The position numbers and the translations under genes were made by a program. This document shows positions 23,359-32,000 of a stretch of 32,000 bases of DNA, piece by piece; within the stretch, counting starts at the first letter, position 1; each line of letters starts with the position of its first letter. The stretch comes from Ignicoccus pacificus DSM 13166 (lineage in GTDB: Archaea; Thermoproteota; Thermoprotei_A; Sulfolobales; Ignicoccaceae), in assembly GCA_025340205.1 (NCBI GenBank), contig CP006868.1, positions 1,500,001 to 1,532,000 of the forward strand, read 5' to 3'. The notes below the pieces were generated by a model, which was not told the DNA's origin, did no database searches, and was given only the letters and a program-made list of their open reading frames with translations.

Positions 23359-23964
23359 ATGATGTACGTGTATAAGACCATGAAAGAGATAGCTACGTTC
23401 ATCTACTTCGCGTCGAAGGCGTTGAAGGAATACCAAGTGGAGGAGTTCATAAACTTGCTGGTGAAGACGTACAACGACCCCAAGTCAAAAGTACTGGTGA
23501 TGGGTGCGGGAAGGAGCGGATTGGTAGCTAGGTCCTTTGCCATGAGGCTCATGCACCTAGGCTACAACGCCTACGTCCTCGGGGACACGATAGTTCCTAG
23601 TGTGAAGAAGGATGACGTGGTAATAGCGATCTCCGGTTCCGGCACTACGAAGCTCGTGGTCGCCGCTGCTGAGGCAGCGAAGCACGTGGGAGCAAAGCTT
23701 GTCGCCTTGACTAGCTACGCTAACTCTCCACTAGGAAAGCTGGCTGACGTAATAGTGGAGATTCCCGGGAGGACCAAGCTGAGCGTCTCCCAAGATTACT
23801 TCGCCAGACAAATACTGGGAATCCACGAGCCTCTAGCTCCTCTGGGAACCCTCTTCGAGATAACCACTCAAGCCTTCCTGGACAGCGTAGTGGTAGAGCT
23901 GATGCACAGGCTAGGCAAGACCGAGGAGGATCTGAGGGAGGCCCACGCGAACATCGAACTTTGA
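23359..23964 (+). CDS. hxlB: SIS-domain sugar isomerase, 6-phospho-3-hexuloisomerase-like
   Basis: ORF 23308..23964; [53 protein letters not shown]...[24 protein letters not shown]. Start near 23359 inferred from homolog layout. Confidence 0.85.
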   Translation: MMYVYKTMKEIATFIYFASKALKEYQVEEFINLLVKTYNDPKSKVLVMGAGRSGLVARSFAMRLMHLGYNAYVLGDTIVPSVKKDDVVIAISGSGTTKLVVAAAEAAKHVGAKLVALTSYANSPLGKLADVIVEIPGRTKLSVSQDYFARQILGIHEPLAPLGTLFEITTQAFLDSVVVELMHRLGKTEEDLREAHANIEL

Positions 23965-24007
23965 GAAATATTTATAAAGACCTCCCTTCAGCCCTCCCTC
24001 GGGAGGA

Positions 24008-24085
24008 GCCGCCGTAGTATAGTCCGGCCAAGTATGCGGGCCTCTCAAGCCCGTGACCCGGGTTCAAATCCCGGCGGCGGCACCA
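24008..24085 (+). tRNA. tRNA-Glu (anticodon CTC), CCA encoded
   Basis: GCCGCCGTAGTATAGTCCGGCCAAGTATGCGGGCCTCTCAAGCCCGTGACCCGGGTTCAAATCCCGGCGGCGGCACCA; acceptor GCCGCCG/CGGCGGC, anticodon stem CGGGC/GCCCG around CTCTCAA, T stem CCGGG/CCCGG. Confidence 0.94.
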
Positions 24086-24163
24086 CATTCCTATCCTCAT
24101 GTTCATACCTATCCGAAGACGGAAGCGATAAACGCTAGTATCAGTAGGTTACATCGACGAACC

Positions 24164-24937
24164 ATGTGTTCGTGTCTCTGCTACTTCATATTAGTATACT
24201 CTAACGTAAGTCTCGCGAACTATTCCTTCAGGTACGTGATAACGGATCCTTCTACTAATATAACTGGTCCTAACGCGTTTGCCTACTTAGACATAGGTCA
24301 TGCTGAGGACTGGAGAGATTACTGGTCCTACTTGAACAAGTCCTTGATTCTAGGTCCTACACAATGGCCTGGAGAGTACTACGTGAAGTTCTGGGATCCT
24401 CGGTGGTTAAACATTATGGAGAAGGAGATAAGGGGAATTGCGGAAAGGGGGTACGGAGGGGTCTTCTTCGACAACTTGGACGCTTGCTTGGATTTGAACA
24501 ACGTTACTTCGAACGCTTGTACTCTAATGGAAGACTTCGTGAACGAGCTCTCCTCCTATGCAAGTTCCTTAGGGTTGAAAGTTATAGTAAACGTAGGATC
24601 AGTGGCCTACATGGCACCTGAGCTAAAGGTATATGGTGTGTTAAGGGAGGAGACCTTATGTCCCTTGGACCCTCAAGATTGGAGCGACTTGGTTAAAGCG
24701 AAGGAAGAAGGGAAGGTGGTAATAGATGTGGAATACAACACCACTAATGCCTGTGAAAGCGTCGCTCTGAAGGCGTGTGATGAGGGGATCTACGTTTACT
24801 TGGCTCCCTCCGTCTCTTTATCGAAACCATCTGATTTATGTAAGAGAAGCCAAGAGCTCGGCTATTGGCCCCTCCTAGCGGTGTTCGCTATCCCAGTGCT
24901 TAGGAAGAAACTATGTACCTCCTGCCATAGTCACTAG
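24164..24937 (+). CDS. GH114/TM1410-like (putative polysaccharide-active) protein with N-terminal signal and C-terminal hydrophobic tail
   Basis: ORF 24053..24937 overlaps the tRNA, so ATG 24164 is the likely start. Motifs FAYLDIGHAEDWRDYW, YYVKFWDPRWLNIMEKEI, GGVFFDNLDACLDL, VIDVEYN resemble the TM1410/GH114 TIM-barrel family. Confidence 0.55.
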   Translation: MCSCLCYFILVYSNVSLANYSFRYVITDPSTNITGPNAFAYLDIGHAEDWRDYWSYLNKSLILGPTQWPGEYYVKFWDPRWLNIMEKEIRGIAERGYGGVFFDNLDACLDLNNVTSNACTLMEDFVNELSSYASSLGLKVIVNVGSVAYMAPELKVYGVLREETLCPLDPQDWSDLVKAKEEGKVVIDVEYNTTNACESVALKACDEGIYVYLAPSVSLSKPSDLCKRSQELGYWPLLAVFAIPVLRKKLCTSCHSH

Positions 24938-24943
24938 GAGCGA

Positions 24944-26020
24944 GTGTTGCTAGGAGTACTGGGGGTCTACGTAGCGAGCGCCTTGGCTTGGCTCTCGCTA
25001 ACAGTCGCCTACGTTCACGTCTCCTCGGCTAAGTCCTTCGTTCTGGCCAGATCTCCGGAATCTTCGAACTTCCACTTGATGACGTTCTTATCTAACTTGG
25101 TAGTGAGTGTAACGGTAGTCGCTCTCCTAGGTACATTCGTGTCCTATGGAGTCTTGATTAGTTTGCCTCTCTCCCTCTTCATGTTTGCAATAGCGCTGAG
25201 GAATTCGTCACCAAAATTGAAGAAGTTGGAGTACGATGAGAGGGTAGACAGCTTCTACCCCTATAATTGCTTGACTAAGGAATACTTGTTCGTGTTACCG
25301 CCAGAGATCCTAGGGAGCGAGAGAGTGATGAAGCTTAAGGAGATGCTCAGCGAGGACTCGAGGCTCGCCGTCTTCGTCCGATACGCCTTGGTCTCCCCGG
25401 CCTCGGCGCTCGTGGCAGCTTCCTTCTACCCGGCGTTCGGTCCAATTGCCCTATTCGCCATGGGTTATTCACTACAAGGAAAAATGGCCTTAATCTCCGC
25501 CATAGCGGGCTGGCTCGGGTTAATGGCATCCCTAAAGGGGGAGATGGGGCCCATAGTTAGGGCAAGGCTTATAGAGGAAAAGGTGAAGATGTTCTTCTCA
25601 CAGATAACGTTCTCAGAGGCGTTAGTGCTCTACGTCCTAATGGTCTTAGTGCTTAGCGGCATAGCCACCTACGGCTTCTATAAAAAGATAAGGAAATGGG
25701 GTATCGAGGTGGTGGCTCTGTTCATCCCGTTGGTCGCCTATGCTATTGCAGAGAATAGGTTCGGAGAGCCCTTGGCTGTAGCTTCCTTTGCGTTAGGAGC
25801 TTCGTTAGCTGCCTACAAGAGGGTCGTGGATCCTCTCAAGATCCTCGAGAGGGTAGCCTTCATACTTCGGAAGCTAGGAGCAATGATCGTGTACTACGAC
25901 GTCCCCTTGTTGCCTTACTTGTTAATATCCTCGTTCTTCTATCACTTGCTAAGCGTTAGGTGCGTTGGGCTTAGAGCCCTGGTTGAGTACTTTGAAAGGA
26001 TAATGCCTCTCATATCATAG
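24944..26020 (+). CDS. Hypothetical polytopic membrane protein
   Basis: 358-aa ORF with multiple hydrophobic segments; no family recognised. Confidence 0.6.
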   Translation: MLLGVLGVYVASALAWLSLTVAYVHVSSAKSFVLARSPESSNFHLMTFLSNLVVSVTVVALLGTFVSYGVLISLPLSLFMFAIALRNSSPKLKKLEYDERVDSFYPYNCLTKEYLFVLPPEILGSERVMKLKEMLSEDSRLAVFVRYALVSPASALVAASFYPAFGPIALFAMGYSLQGKMALISAIAGWLGLMASLKGEMGPIVRARLIEEKVKMFFSQITFSEALVLYVLMVLVLSGIATYGFYKKIRKWGIEVVALFIPLVAYAIAENRFGEPLAVASFALGASLAAYKRVVDPLKILERVAFILRKLGAMIVYYDVPLLPYLLISSFFYHLLSVRCVGLRALVEYFERIMPLIS

Positions 26021-26111
26021 CTCAGCCAGCAGCCCTTCAGCTCACCGCTCGCCCTGCCCGCTTTCATCATCGACTTATGCTCTCCTTCCCCGCTGAGGTG
26101 GGGAGGGTAAA

Positions 26112-26333
26112 GTGGAAGAGATAATCAAGGTGTGCGTCAAGCCTAACGCTCCTAAGAGCGAGGTAGTTGGCATGGAAGAGGATTGCTTGCTCGTGAAGGT
26201 TACCTCTCCTCCGGAGGGAGGAAGAGCTAACCGGGAGCTGGTGAAGTTACTTAAGAAGCACTTCAAGGCTAAGAAGGTCGAAATTATAAAAGGTGAAAAA
26301 AGTAGAACAAAGTTAGTGAAAATAATAAAATAG
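26112..26333 (+). CDS. UPF0235/DUF167 (YggU-like) protein
   Basis: 73-aa ORF: IIKVCVKPNAPKSEVVGMEEDCLLVKVTSPPEGGRANRELVKLLKKHFKAKKVEIIKGEKSRTKLVKI. Confidence 0.85.
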   Translation: MEEIIKVCVKPNAPKSEVVGMEEDCLLVKVTSPPEGGRANRELVKLLKKHFKAKKVEIIKGEKSRTKLVKIIK

Positions 26334-26536
26334 AGAAAGATAGAACCTTAGTCTATTGTATTCACCCCTCGGTTAACGTTCTTTAATAGCGTCAAATTAA
26401 CTCACCTTAATTCATTTTTGTTGTCATGACCTGCCACACTTGGAAGCAATGAACGTCGAAAGAAAGCGTTTTAACTGTCAAACGGAGCCGCCGTTTTCTT
26501 ATACCTATTTTGTGATGTGAACTAGGGTTATCCATC

Positions 26537-27019
26537 TTGGCATACGACCTGGAGATGCAAGACTCTAAGATAAGAATAAAGGGTTCTGAAGAGAGAGTCA
26601 TGATAGTACCGACAAAGATGATAGCTGAAATGGGTAAGGAGTTCTATAAGATAGTTGGTGATGCCTCGAAGGTAATGATGAGGGAAATAGGTAAGTGCCT
26701 TGGAGAGTACATGACGGAGGTTGCCATCTCAGAGCTCAAAAAGGAAGTGTCGCAATCCGATCTGAGGGACCTCTTGAACGCTATAGCCACCTTCTTAGCC
26801 AGGAGCGGCTTCGGTAAGATATCCGTCGAAGAGGAAGACGACGGTTCCCTGAAGATAGTAGTAGAAGACGCTCCTTCTAAGGGAAGCAACGTCGATTGCT
26901 CCTTCGAGGAAGGAGTGGTTAAGGGAGTGCTCGAGAAGATGACCGGAAAGAAATACATGGTTAGGAAGCTGGGTAGCGACGGCTCTAGGTGCGTTGTCTT
27001 AGTCAAGGAGTACAAGTGA
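26537..27019 (+). CDS. V4R-like domain protein
   Basis: 160-aa ORF; C-terminal ALL-to-beta pattern '...FGKISVEEEDDGSLKIVVEDAPSKGSNVDCSFEEGVVKGVLEKMTGKKYMVRKLGSDGSRCVVLVKEY' resembles 4-vinyl-reductase (V4R) domains. Confidence 0.5.
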   Translation: MAYDLEMQDSKIRIKGSEERVMIVPTKMIAEMGKEFYKIVGDASKVMMREIGKCLGEYMTEVAISELKKEVSQSDLRDLLNAIATFLARSGFGKISVEEEDDGSLKIVVEDAPSKGSNVDCSFEEGVVKGVLEKMTGKKYMVRKLGSDGSRCVVLVKEYK

Positions 27020-27398
27020 TCTGCTCCGCTATCTTCTTGTAGACCTTCTTTTTGTAAACGTTGGTACATCTGCTGAAAGTGGCCTTAGCGGTCTTCAAGC
27101 CAGTATAGTCCTTACCCAAGTACTTCTTCGCCTCCTCCAAAGTGCTCTTAACGCATTCATCCACTTCCCTTTCGAATTCATCGAAGCTTATCTCACACTT
27201 CTCGAGCTTCTCCGAAAGCTCCCTTATCTTGCCCTTACAATTATCCCTCCCCTTTCTTACCTCATCAAGCGCCTTCTCTATAGCTTCCTTTAGCTTCTCC
27301 TTGTCTTCAACCTTTTCCAAGTTCTTATTCAATATATCATTAAGCTTGTTTTCCATCCTGTCGAATATTGACATTACTTGCTCATAGATGCTCTCCAT
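27003..27398 (-). CDS. Coiled-coil protein of unknown function
   Basis: 131-aa ORF, strongly helical/charged (MESIYEQVMSIFDRMENKLNDILNKNLEKVEDKEKLKEAIEKALDEVRKG...); convergent with 26537..27019. Confidence 0.5.
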   Translation of the reverse strand: MESIYEQVMSIFDRMENKLNDILNKNLEKVEDKEKLKEAIEKALDEVRKGRDNCKGKIRELSEKLEKCEISFDEFEREVDECVKSTLEEAKKYLGKDYTGLKTAKATFSRCTNVYKKKVYKKIAEQITCTP

Positions 27399-27601
27399 AC
27401 TTTCTCCCGATGAGGTCTAGCGAGGAGCGAGGATATTCAAGGGGCTAGTCGATGAGGTCCCTAGGCCATAGGCGCCGAGAGGTCCTCTCCTTCACGGGAT
27501 CTTAAAGTCGTGTTAGACGTACCGAGCCCGAAACTCTAAAACTCACAACTCGTGAGCTCCGCCCTAAATTAGGGACCCGGAGAGGCTCATGGGTATAGAA
27601 C

Positions 27602-28501
27602 ATGGTGAACTGGAGGTCAACCACTACTCTGATAATGTTCCTACTAGGCTTAAGCGTAGCCATAAGCGGCATAGCGCTCTTCTTCGCGCCACCGGGTTCC
27701 TTGGTTAACGCCAAGCTGTTGGGATTGCCTAAGGCTACTTGGGAGCTCTTCCACACGACCACCTCCATAGCAATAGTATTCTTTGCGACCTTACACGTCT
27801 GGTTCAACAGAAGGGCCCTAATCATATACTTTAAGAAGAACTACAAGGAATTAGGAGTTGCTCTGCTAATAACTGGAGTGCTCGTAGCGTCTTCACTAGC
27901 CAACGCCCCTCCCGCCACTTGGATAGACCAAGTGAGGCTCAGCATAGAGGACTGGTGGAGGACCCACTACAGCGGAGCGAAGGGCTTCGGTCAGATGACT
28001 TTGACCGAGCTATGCCAGAAGTACGGAATACCGGTCAACAAGGCGATAAACTACATCAAGCAGAAGTACGGAGTAACCGTCTCTCCGAATGAGCTCCTAA
28101 TGACAATAGCTGAGAAGATAGGAACGTCTCCGGCTGTGATAGGCGGAGAGATAATAGCTCTGAAGACGCAGACGGTTCAAGCTAAGGTAACGCAGTCCCC
28201 AACTCAGACGGCCCAAGCGACTAAGGTGATCCAAACTACGGCGATCCAAACCGTGACCCAGAGTCCTAGAGCTACTGGAACTCCGACGGGAGGAGGGCCC
28301 GGAGGAGGAGCTGGCTACGGTATGGAAACTCTTCAGCAGTTCTGCCAACAAAACGGAGTTCCTCTGCAAGAGGCCATAAACTACCTAAAGCAGAAGTATG
28401 GAATTAACGTCACGCCGGATATGACCATAAGGGACATAGCGTTCAGCGTGGGCTTGAAGCCATATCAATTGGTGCAAGAGCTCACTGAGTTAGGCAAGTA
28501 A
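27602..28501 (+). CDS. Membrane protein (DUF4405-like TM module) with two tandem C-terminal helical domains
   Basis: 299-aa ORF; N-terminal TM helices with FHTTTSIAIVFFATLHVWFNRRAL, then two copies of 'MTL.ELCQKYGIPVNKAINYIKQKYGVTVSPNE.L..IAEKIG' separated by a Gln/Thr/Gly-rich linker. Confidence 0.62.
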   Translation: MVNWRSTTTLIMFLLGLSVAISGIALFFAPPGSLVNAKLLGLPKATWELFHTTTSIAIVFFATLHVWFNRRALIIYFKKNYKELGVALLITGVLVASSLANAPPATWIDQVRLSIEDWWRTHYSGAKGFGQMTLTELCQKYGIPVNKAINYIKQKYGVTVSPNELLMTIAEKIGTSPAVIGGEIIALKTQTVQAKVTQSPTQTAQATKVIQTTAIQTVTQSPRATGTPTGGGPGGGAGYGMETLQQFCQQNGVPLQEAINYLKQKYGINVTPDMTIRDIAFSVGLKPYQLVQELTELGK

Positions 28502-28533
28502 CTTTTTCTCTTTTCACGTCTAGGATCTTAAAG

Positions 28534-29928
28534 GTGCGTAGTCGCTTGCTCGACGCCTTTTTCGAGCCTCGTTCAGTTGCGATAATAGGTGCCACCCCTA
28601 AACCTAGAAAGCCTGGATACATAATTCTCACAAATATGAAAACTAGATTCAAGGGAAAGCTTTACGCCGTAAACCCCAAGTACAAGAATGTTCTAGGAGT
28701 TCCTTGCTTCCCGTCGATACTTGATGTGTCGGACGAAGTGGATCTGGCCATAGTTGTGGTTCCTAATAGAGTTGTCGAAAAAGTCATAGACGATGTGATA
28801 AAGAAGGACGTCAAGGCAGTAATAATAATAACCGCCGGCTTTTCTGAAATAGGCAACAAGGAGCTGGAAGAGAGGGTAAAGGAGAGGCTGAGGGAGCACG
28901 GAATTAGAGCAATAGGGCCCAACTGCTTGGGTGTTTACTATTATCCAGGTGGCGTGGACACCTTCTTCTTCAGGGAGCCGGGAACGCCCAGGCCTCCTCC
29001 CTCTGACTTGGCGATAATAAGTCAGAGCGGAGCGCTGGCGGCCTCCATAATGGACACGGCGGCTTCAAGAGGAATAGGTATTGGAGCCGCCATAAGCTTG
29101 GGCAACAGAATAGACGTGGGAGAGGCGGAACTGCTTCCCTATTTGAGGAGCAAGGGCTTCAAAAGCTTCTTGCTATACATAGAAGGCTTGAGGGACGGTG
29201 AAGGTAAGTCCTTCTTAGAAGCTCTATCTCTAATAAGTGATTCAAAGGTGCTGATCTACAAGGGAGGTAGGACGAAGGTCTCCCAGAGGGCCACCGCTTC
29301 CCACACGGCCTCAGTAGCCGGAAGCTACAAGGTGTTCAAGGACGTGGTCGAGGAGTTCGGAGGGGCGGTAGCCGAGGACCCAGGGGAGATAATGGCCTTT
29401 GCTAGCGCCGTCCAGTACATGGATATTCCAAAGGGCAATAAGTTATTGGTAGTAACCGATGCCGGCGGAGTGGGGGTGCAGCTAGCCGATGCACTGGGAG
29501 ATCTTTACGATATGCCAAAACCTTTGAGTAAGGAGCTGGAGGTTCAGCTTCCTCCCCACGTGAGGCCCAACAATCCTATGGACGTGGGAGGCGATGCAGA
29601 CGACGCTCGGTATGAGTTAGTATTGAAGACTCTCTCGAAGAGATACGATTTAGTAATAGTGGCGGCGCTGCTCGAGTCTCCCGGAACCACCCCTTACATA
29701 GCGGACATAGTGAAGGAGGTCCAAGAGGAGACCGGTGTGCCTCACCTACTGCTATCAAGCGGAGGAAAGTACAGCGAGGTGTTGGAGCTGAGAGCCAGGG
29801 AGCTAGGCCTAGGCTTCGCCAAGGGCGTCGAGGAGGCGATAGCTGCTGCTAAGGTTCTGTGGAGAATTAGAAAGACAAAGGAAATTCTAGCTAAGAGATT
29901 AAGATGCCAGAAAGCTATATCCGTGTAA
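28534..29928 (+). CDS. acdA: Acyl/acetyl-CoA synthetase (ADP-forming), alpha subunit
   Basis: 464-aa ORF: FFEPRSVAIIGATPKPRKPGYIILTNM...GKLYAVNPKYKNVLGVPCFPSI...GPNCLGVYYYPGG...AIISQSGALAASIMD. Confidence 0.9.
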   Translation: MRSRLLDAFFEPRSVAIIGATPKPRKPGYIILTNMKTRFKGKLYAVNPKYKNVLGVPCFPSILDVSDEVDLAIVVVPNRVVEKVIDDVIKKDVKAVIIITAGFSEIGNKELEERVKERLREHGIRAIGPNCLGVYYYPGGVDTFFFREPGTPRPPPSDLAIISQSGALAASIMDTAASRGIGIGAAISLGNRIDVGEAELLPYLRSKGFKSFLLYIEGLRDGEGKSFLEALSLISDSKVLIYKGGRTKVSQRATASHTASVAGSYKVFKDVVEEFGGAVAEDPGEIMAFASAVQYMDIPKGNKLLVVTDAGGVGVQLADALGDLYDMPKPLSKELEVQLPPHVRPNNPMDVGGDADDARYELVLKTLSKRYDLVIVAALLESPGTTPYIADIVKEVQEETGVPHLLLSSGGKYSEVLELRARELGLGFAKGVEEAIAAAKVLWRIRKTKEILAKRLRCQKAISV

Positions 29929-29951
29929 TCAATGCACGCTAGGGTGCGCGC

Positions 29952-30869
29952 GTGCGCGATATCATTTCGATCGAAGACTTAGAGCGTAGCGATATAGAGA
30001 AGATGTTCGACGCTGCCTTTGAAATAGAATCAAAGAAACTCCACAAATCCTCTTGGTGCCTTCTCAAGGATAAAACCGTAATCTTAGCCTTCTTCGAGCC
30101 CTCCACTAGGACTAGGCTGAGCTTCGAGTTAGCCAGCAAGAGGCTCTGCGCCCATACCCTGAGCGTCGTCGGTGAGGAAGCGATAAGCTTGGCCAAGGGA
30201 GAAAGCTTCAGAGATACGATAAAGGTATTCGACACCTTAGGAGATTTGATAGTGATAAGGCACTCTAGGGAAGGGAGCGCTAGGTACGCAGCAGAGATAG
30301 CGGAGTCCCCGGTGATCAACGCCGGCGACGGAAGGAATCACCATCCTACTCAGAGTCTCATAGACTTGTATACAATAAAGAAGCTGAAGGGAGATATAGA
30401 CGGCTTGAGTTACGCCGTCGTGGGTGACTTGAGGTATGCCAGAACTGCAAGGTCCTTCTTACTAGCTCTAACTAAGTTCAAGCCCAAGTCTATATACTTA
30501 GTCGCTCCTCCTCCCTTGAAGCCCCCTCACAACCTCTTGGAGAAGCTGAGGAACAAGGGCTTTAGGATATATGAGACAGAGAAGGTAGAAGATGTAATAA
30601 ACATGGTGGACGTGCTCTACGTAACCAGAATACAAAGGGAGAGGATACCCGATCCTCAAGAGTACGAAAGAGTAAAGGGAAGCTACAGGATAACTAGGGA
30701 CTTGTTAAGAAAGGCTAAGAGTGATCTAATAGTACTCCATCCCTTGCCTAGGCTCGACGAGCTCGACATAGCTATAGACGAGACCAAACACGCGGCTTAC
30801 TTCGAACAAGTTAAGTCTGCCGTACCTATCAGGATGACGGCTCTCGCTTGGAGCGCGGGGGTGCTGTAG
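29952..30869 (+). CDS. pyrB: Aspartate carbamoyltransferase catalytic subunit
   Basis: 305-aa ORF (GTG start) with FFEPSTRTRLSFE, GDGRNHHPTQSLIDLYT and LHPLPRLDEL motifs. Confidence 0.96.
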   Translation: MRDIISIEDLERSDIEKMFDAAFEIESKKLHKSSWCLLKDKTVILAFFEPSTRTRLSFELASKRLCAHTLSVVGEEAISLAKGESFRDTIKVFDTLGDLIVIRHSREGSARYAAEIAESPVINAGDGRNHHPTQSLIDLYTIKKLKGDIDGLSYAVVGDLRYARTARSFLLALTKFKPKSIYLVAPPPLKPPHNLLEKLRNKGFRIYETEKVEDVINMVDVLYVTRIQRERIPDPQEYERVKGSYRITRDLLRKAKSDLIVLHPLPRLDELDIAIDETKHAAYFEQVKSAVPIRMTALAWSAGVL

Positions 30870-30870
30870 C

Positions 30871-31344
30871 TTGAAGGCGTTGAAGGTAAGCAAGATAAAG
30901 AACGGGACGGTGATAGATCACATCCCAGCCGGCAGAGCCTTAGACGTGCTAAGGCTGTTGGGAATTACCGGAAAGGAGGGGTTCATGATATTGGTTGCTA
31001 TGAACGTCAGCTCCTCTAAGCTAAAGGGTGGTAAGAAGGACTTAGTAAAAATTGAAGGAAAGTACTTGACTCCGAGAGAGGCAGAAACCATAGCGCTGAT
31101 AGCTCCAACGGCTACTATAAATATAATTAAGGACGGAGAAGTAGTCGAGAAGATCAACGTGAGCATCCCGGACGTGATCGAAGGTATCGTGAGGTGCCCC
31201 AACCCTACTTGCATATCTAGAAAGGAGGACGAACCCATAAAGTCCAAGTTCAGGGTTATCAACAAATCTCCCTTGAGGCTCCAATGCTACTACTGCGAGA
31301 CTGAGCTGGAGGAAGAGGACCTATCGAAGTACGTGGTGGGATAA
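30871..31344 (+). CDS. pyrI: Aspartate carbamoyltransferase regulatory subunit
   Basis: 157-aa ORF: GTVIDHIPAGRALDVLRLLGI...IVRCPNPTCISR...FRVINKSPLRLQCYYCETEL (Zn-binding Cys). Confidence 0.96.
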   Translation: MKALKVSKIKNGTVIDHIPAGRALDVLRLLGITGKEGFMILVAMNVSSSKLKGGKKDLVKIEGKYLTPREAETIALIAPTATINIIKDGEVVEKINVSIPDVIEGIVRCPNPTCISRKEDEPIKSKFRVINKSPLRLQCYYCETELEEEDLSKYVVG

Positions 31345-32000
31345 TGTTTAACTTTAAGGTCAAGGAAGTTCTCAGGGCTAAAAGGCTCAACAAAAACACC
31401 TACCACCTCTACGTGAGGTGGGACGAAAAGCCTCCGGTAGGCACCTTCTTCATGGTCTGGCTCCCTGGCTTCGAAGCGATCCCCCTCTCGGTCTCAGGAT
31501 GGTACAGAGGGGCGGTTAGGTTTACTATTCAAGTGAGGGGTCCGACCACTAAAGCCCTCTTCTGGGCGACCAAGGTAGGCCTCATGGGTCCTCTAGGCAG
31601 GGAAGCTCCTCCTCCCCTAGGTAAGCCCACTTTGGTGGCGGGGGGAATAGGGATAGCCCCCTTACTTTACATGTATGAGGAATGGGGAGGAACCCTCTTA
31701 TACGGAGGTAGGAGCGCTAAGGACCTAATACCAGTCGAAGGGGCGATCATCTCCACGGACGACGGAAGCAAGGGGAAGAAGGGGACGGTACTAGACTTGC
31801 TGGAGGAGGTCGGAGCTAAGAGGGACATCTACGCTTGCGGACCTCCAGCCATGCTCAAGGCATTAGGTCAAATGAGTAGGGAGAAAGACTTAAGAGGGTA
31901 TGGAAGTACGGAGACCATGGTTAAGTGCGGAATGGGAATATGCGGAGCTTGCGCCATAAGCAAGAGGTTGCTGTGCAAGGAACCGTGGATTCCATTACGA
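31344..32000 (+). CDS. pyrK: Dihydroorotate dehydrogenase electron transfer subunit (PyrK-like), truncated at window end
   Basis: ATG overlaps the pyrI stop; translation MFNFKVKEVLRAKRLNKNTYHLYVRWDEKPPVGTFFMVWLPGFEAIPLSVS...VAGGIGIAPLLYMYE...YACGPPAMLKAL...VKCGMGICGACAISKRLLCKEPWIPL. Confidence 0.9.
   Translation, partial: MFNFKVKEVLRAKRLNKNTYHLYVRWDEKPPVGTFFMVWLPGFEAIPLSVSGWYRGAVRFTIQVRGPTTKALFWATKVGLMGPLGREAPPPLGKPTLVAGGIGIAPLLYMYEEWGGTLLYGGRSAKDLIPVEGAIISTDDGSKGKKGTVLDLLEEVGAKRDIYACGPPAMLKALGQMSREKDLRGYGSTETMVKCGMGICGACAISKRLLCKEPWIPLR

Noticed and set aside
23097-23402. 101-aa minus-strand ORF between the 22630 gene and hxlB
   Set aside because: Overlaps the start of the SIS-domain gene and has no recognised domain; might be real but cannot be supported from sequence alone.
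24053-24163. Upstream extension of the GH114-like ORF starting MTRVQIPAAAPHSY...
   Set aside because: It begins inside tRNA-Glu; translation of T-arm sequence (GGTTCAAATC...) commonly yields this artefact. The start was moved to ATG 24164.
27400-27600. Possible C/D box sRNA or structured RNA (cgatgagg motifs, ctcacaactcgtgag, ccctaaattaggg)
   Set aside because: Boxes do not match the C (RTGATGA) and D (CTGA) consensus in proper order; the short palindromes alone are not enough.

Overview
This window is from a (hyper)thermophilic crenarchaeal-type genome, probably Desulfurococcales-like; that placement is inferred, not proven. Left part, minus strand: a DUF885-type protein, then a compact translation cluster (aIF6, L31e, L39e, PDCD5-like, S19e), a large Thr-rich surface beta-propeller protein, a decayed DDE transposase remnant and TrpB2. 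The centre holds the 23S (about 8.13-11.30 kb) and 16S (about 17.63-19.07 kb) rRNA genes, both on the minus strand but unlinked, with about 6 kb of protein genes on both strands between them. Right part, mostly plus strand: LeuRS, a SIS-domain protein, tRNA-Glu(CTC), a GH114/TM1410-like protein, membrane proteins, a V4R-like protein, ADP-forming acyl-CoA synthetase alpha, PyrB, PyrI and PyrK. Main observations: (1) an exact 83-bp repeat starting at a TATA-like box lies upstream of both rRNA genes, so a core promoter/leader appears duplicated; (2) each rRNA sits in its own processing stem, and the 23S stem contains a textbook bulge-helix-bulge (3-nt bulge / 4-bp helix / 3-nt bulge); (3) a 489-aa protein joins an N-terminal Rossmann/CARF-like domain to a C-terminal PIN nuclease, a candidate orphan nucleotide-signalling effector; (4) a vapBC-like pair in which both antitoxin and toxin carry a one-base (+1) frameshift while keeping the ATGA overlap.
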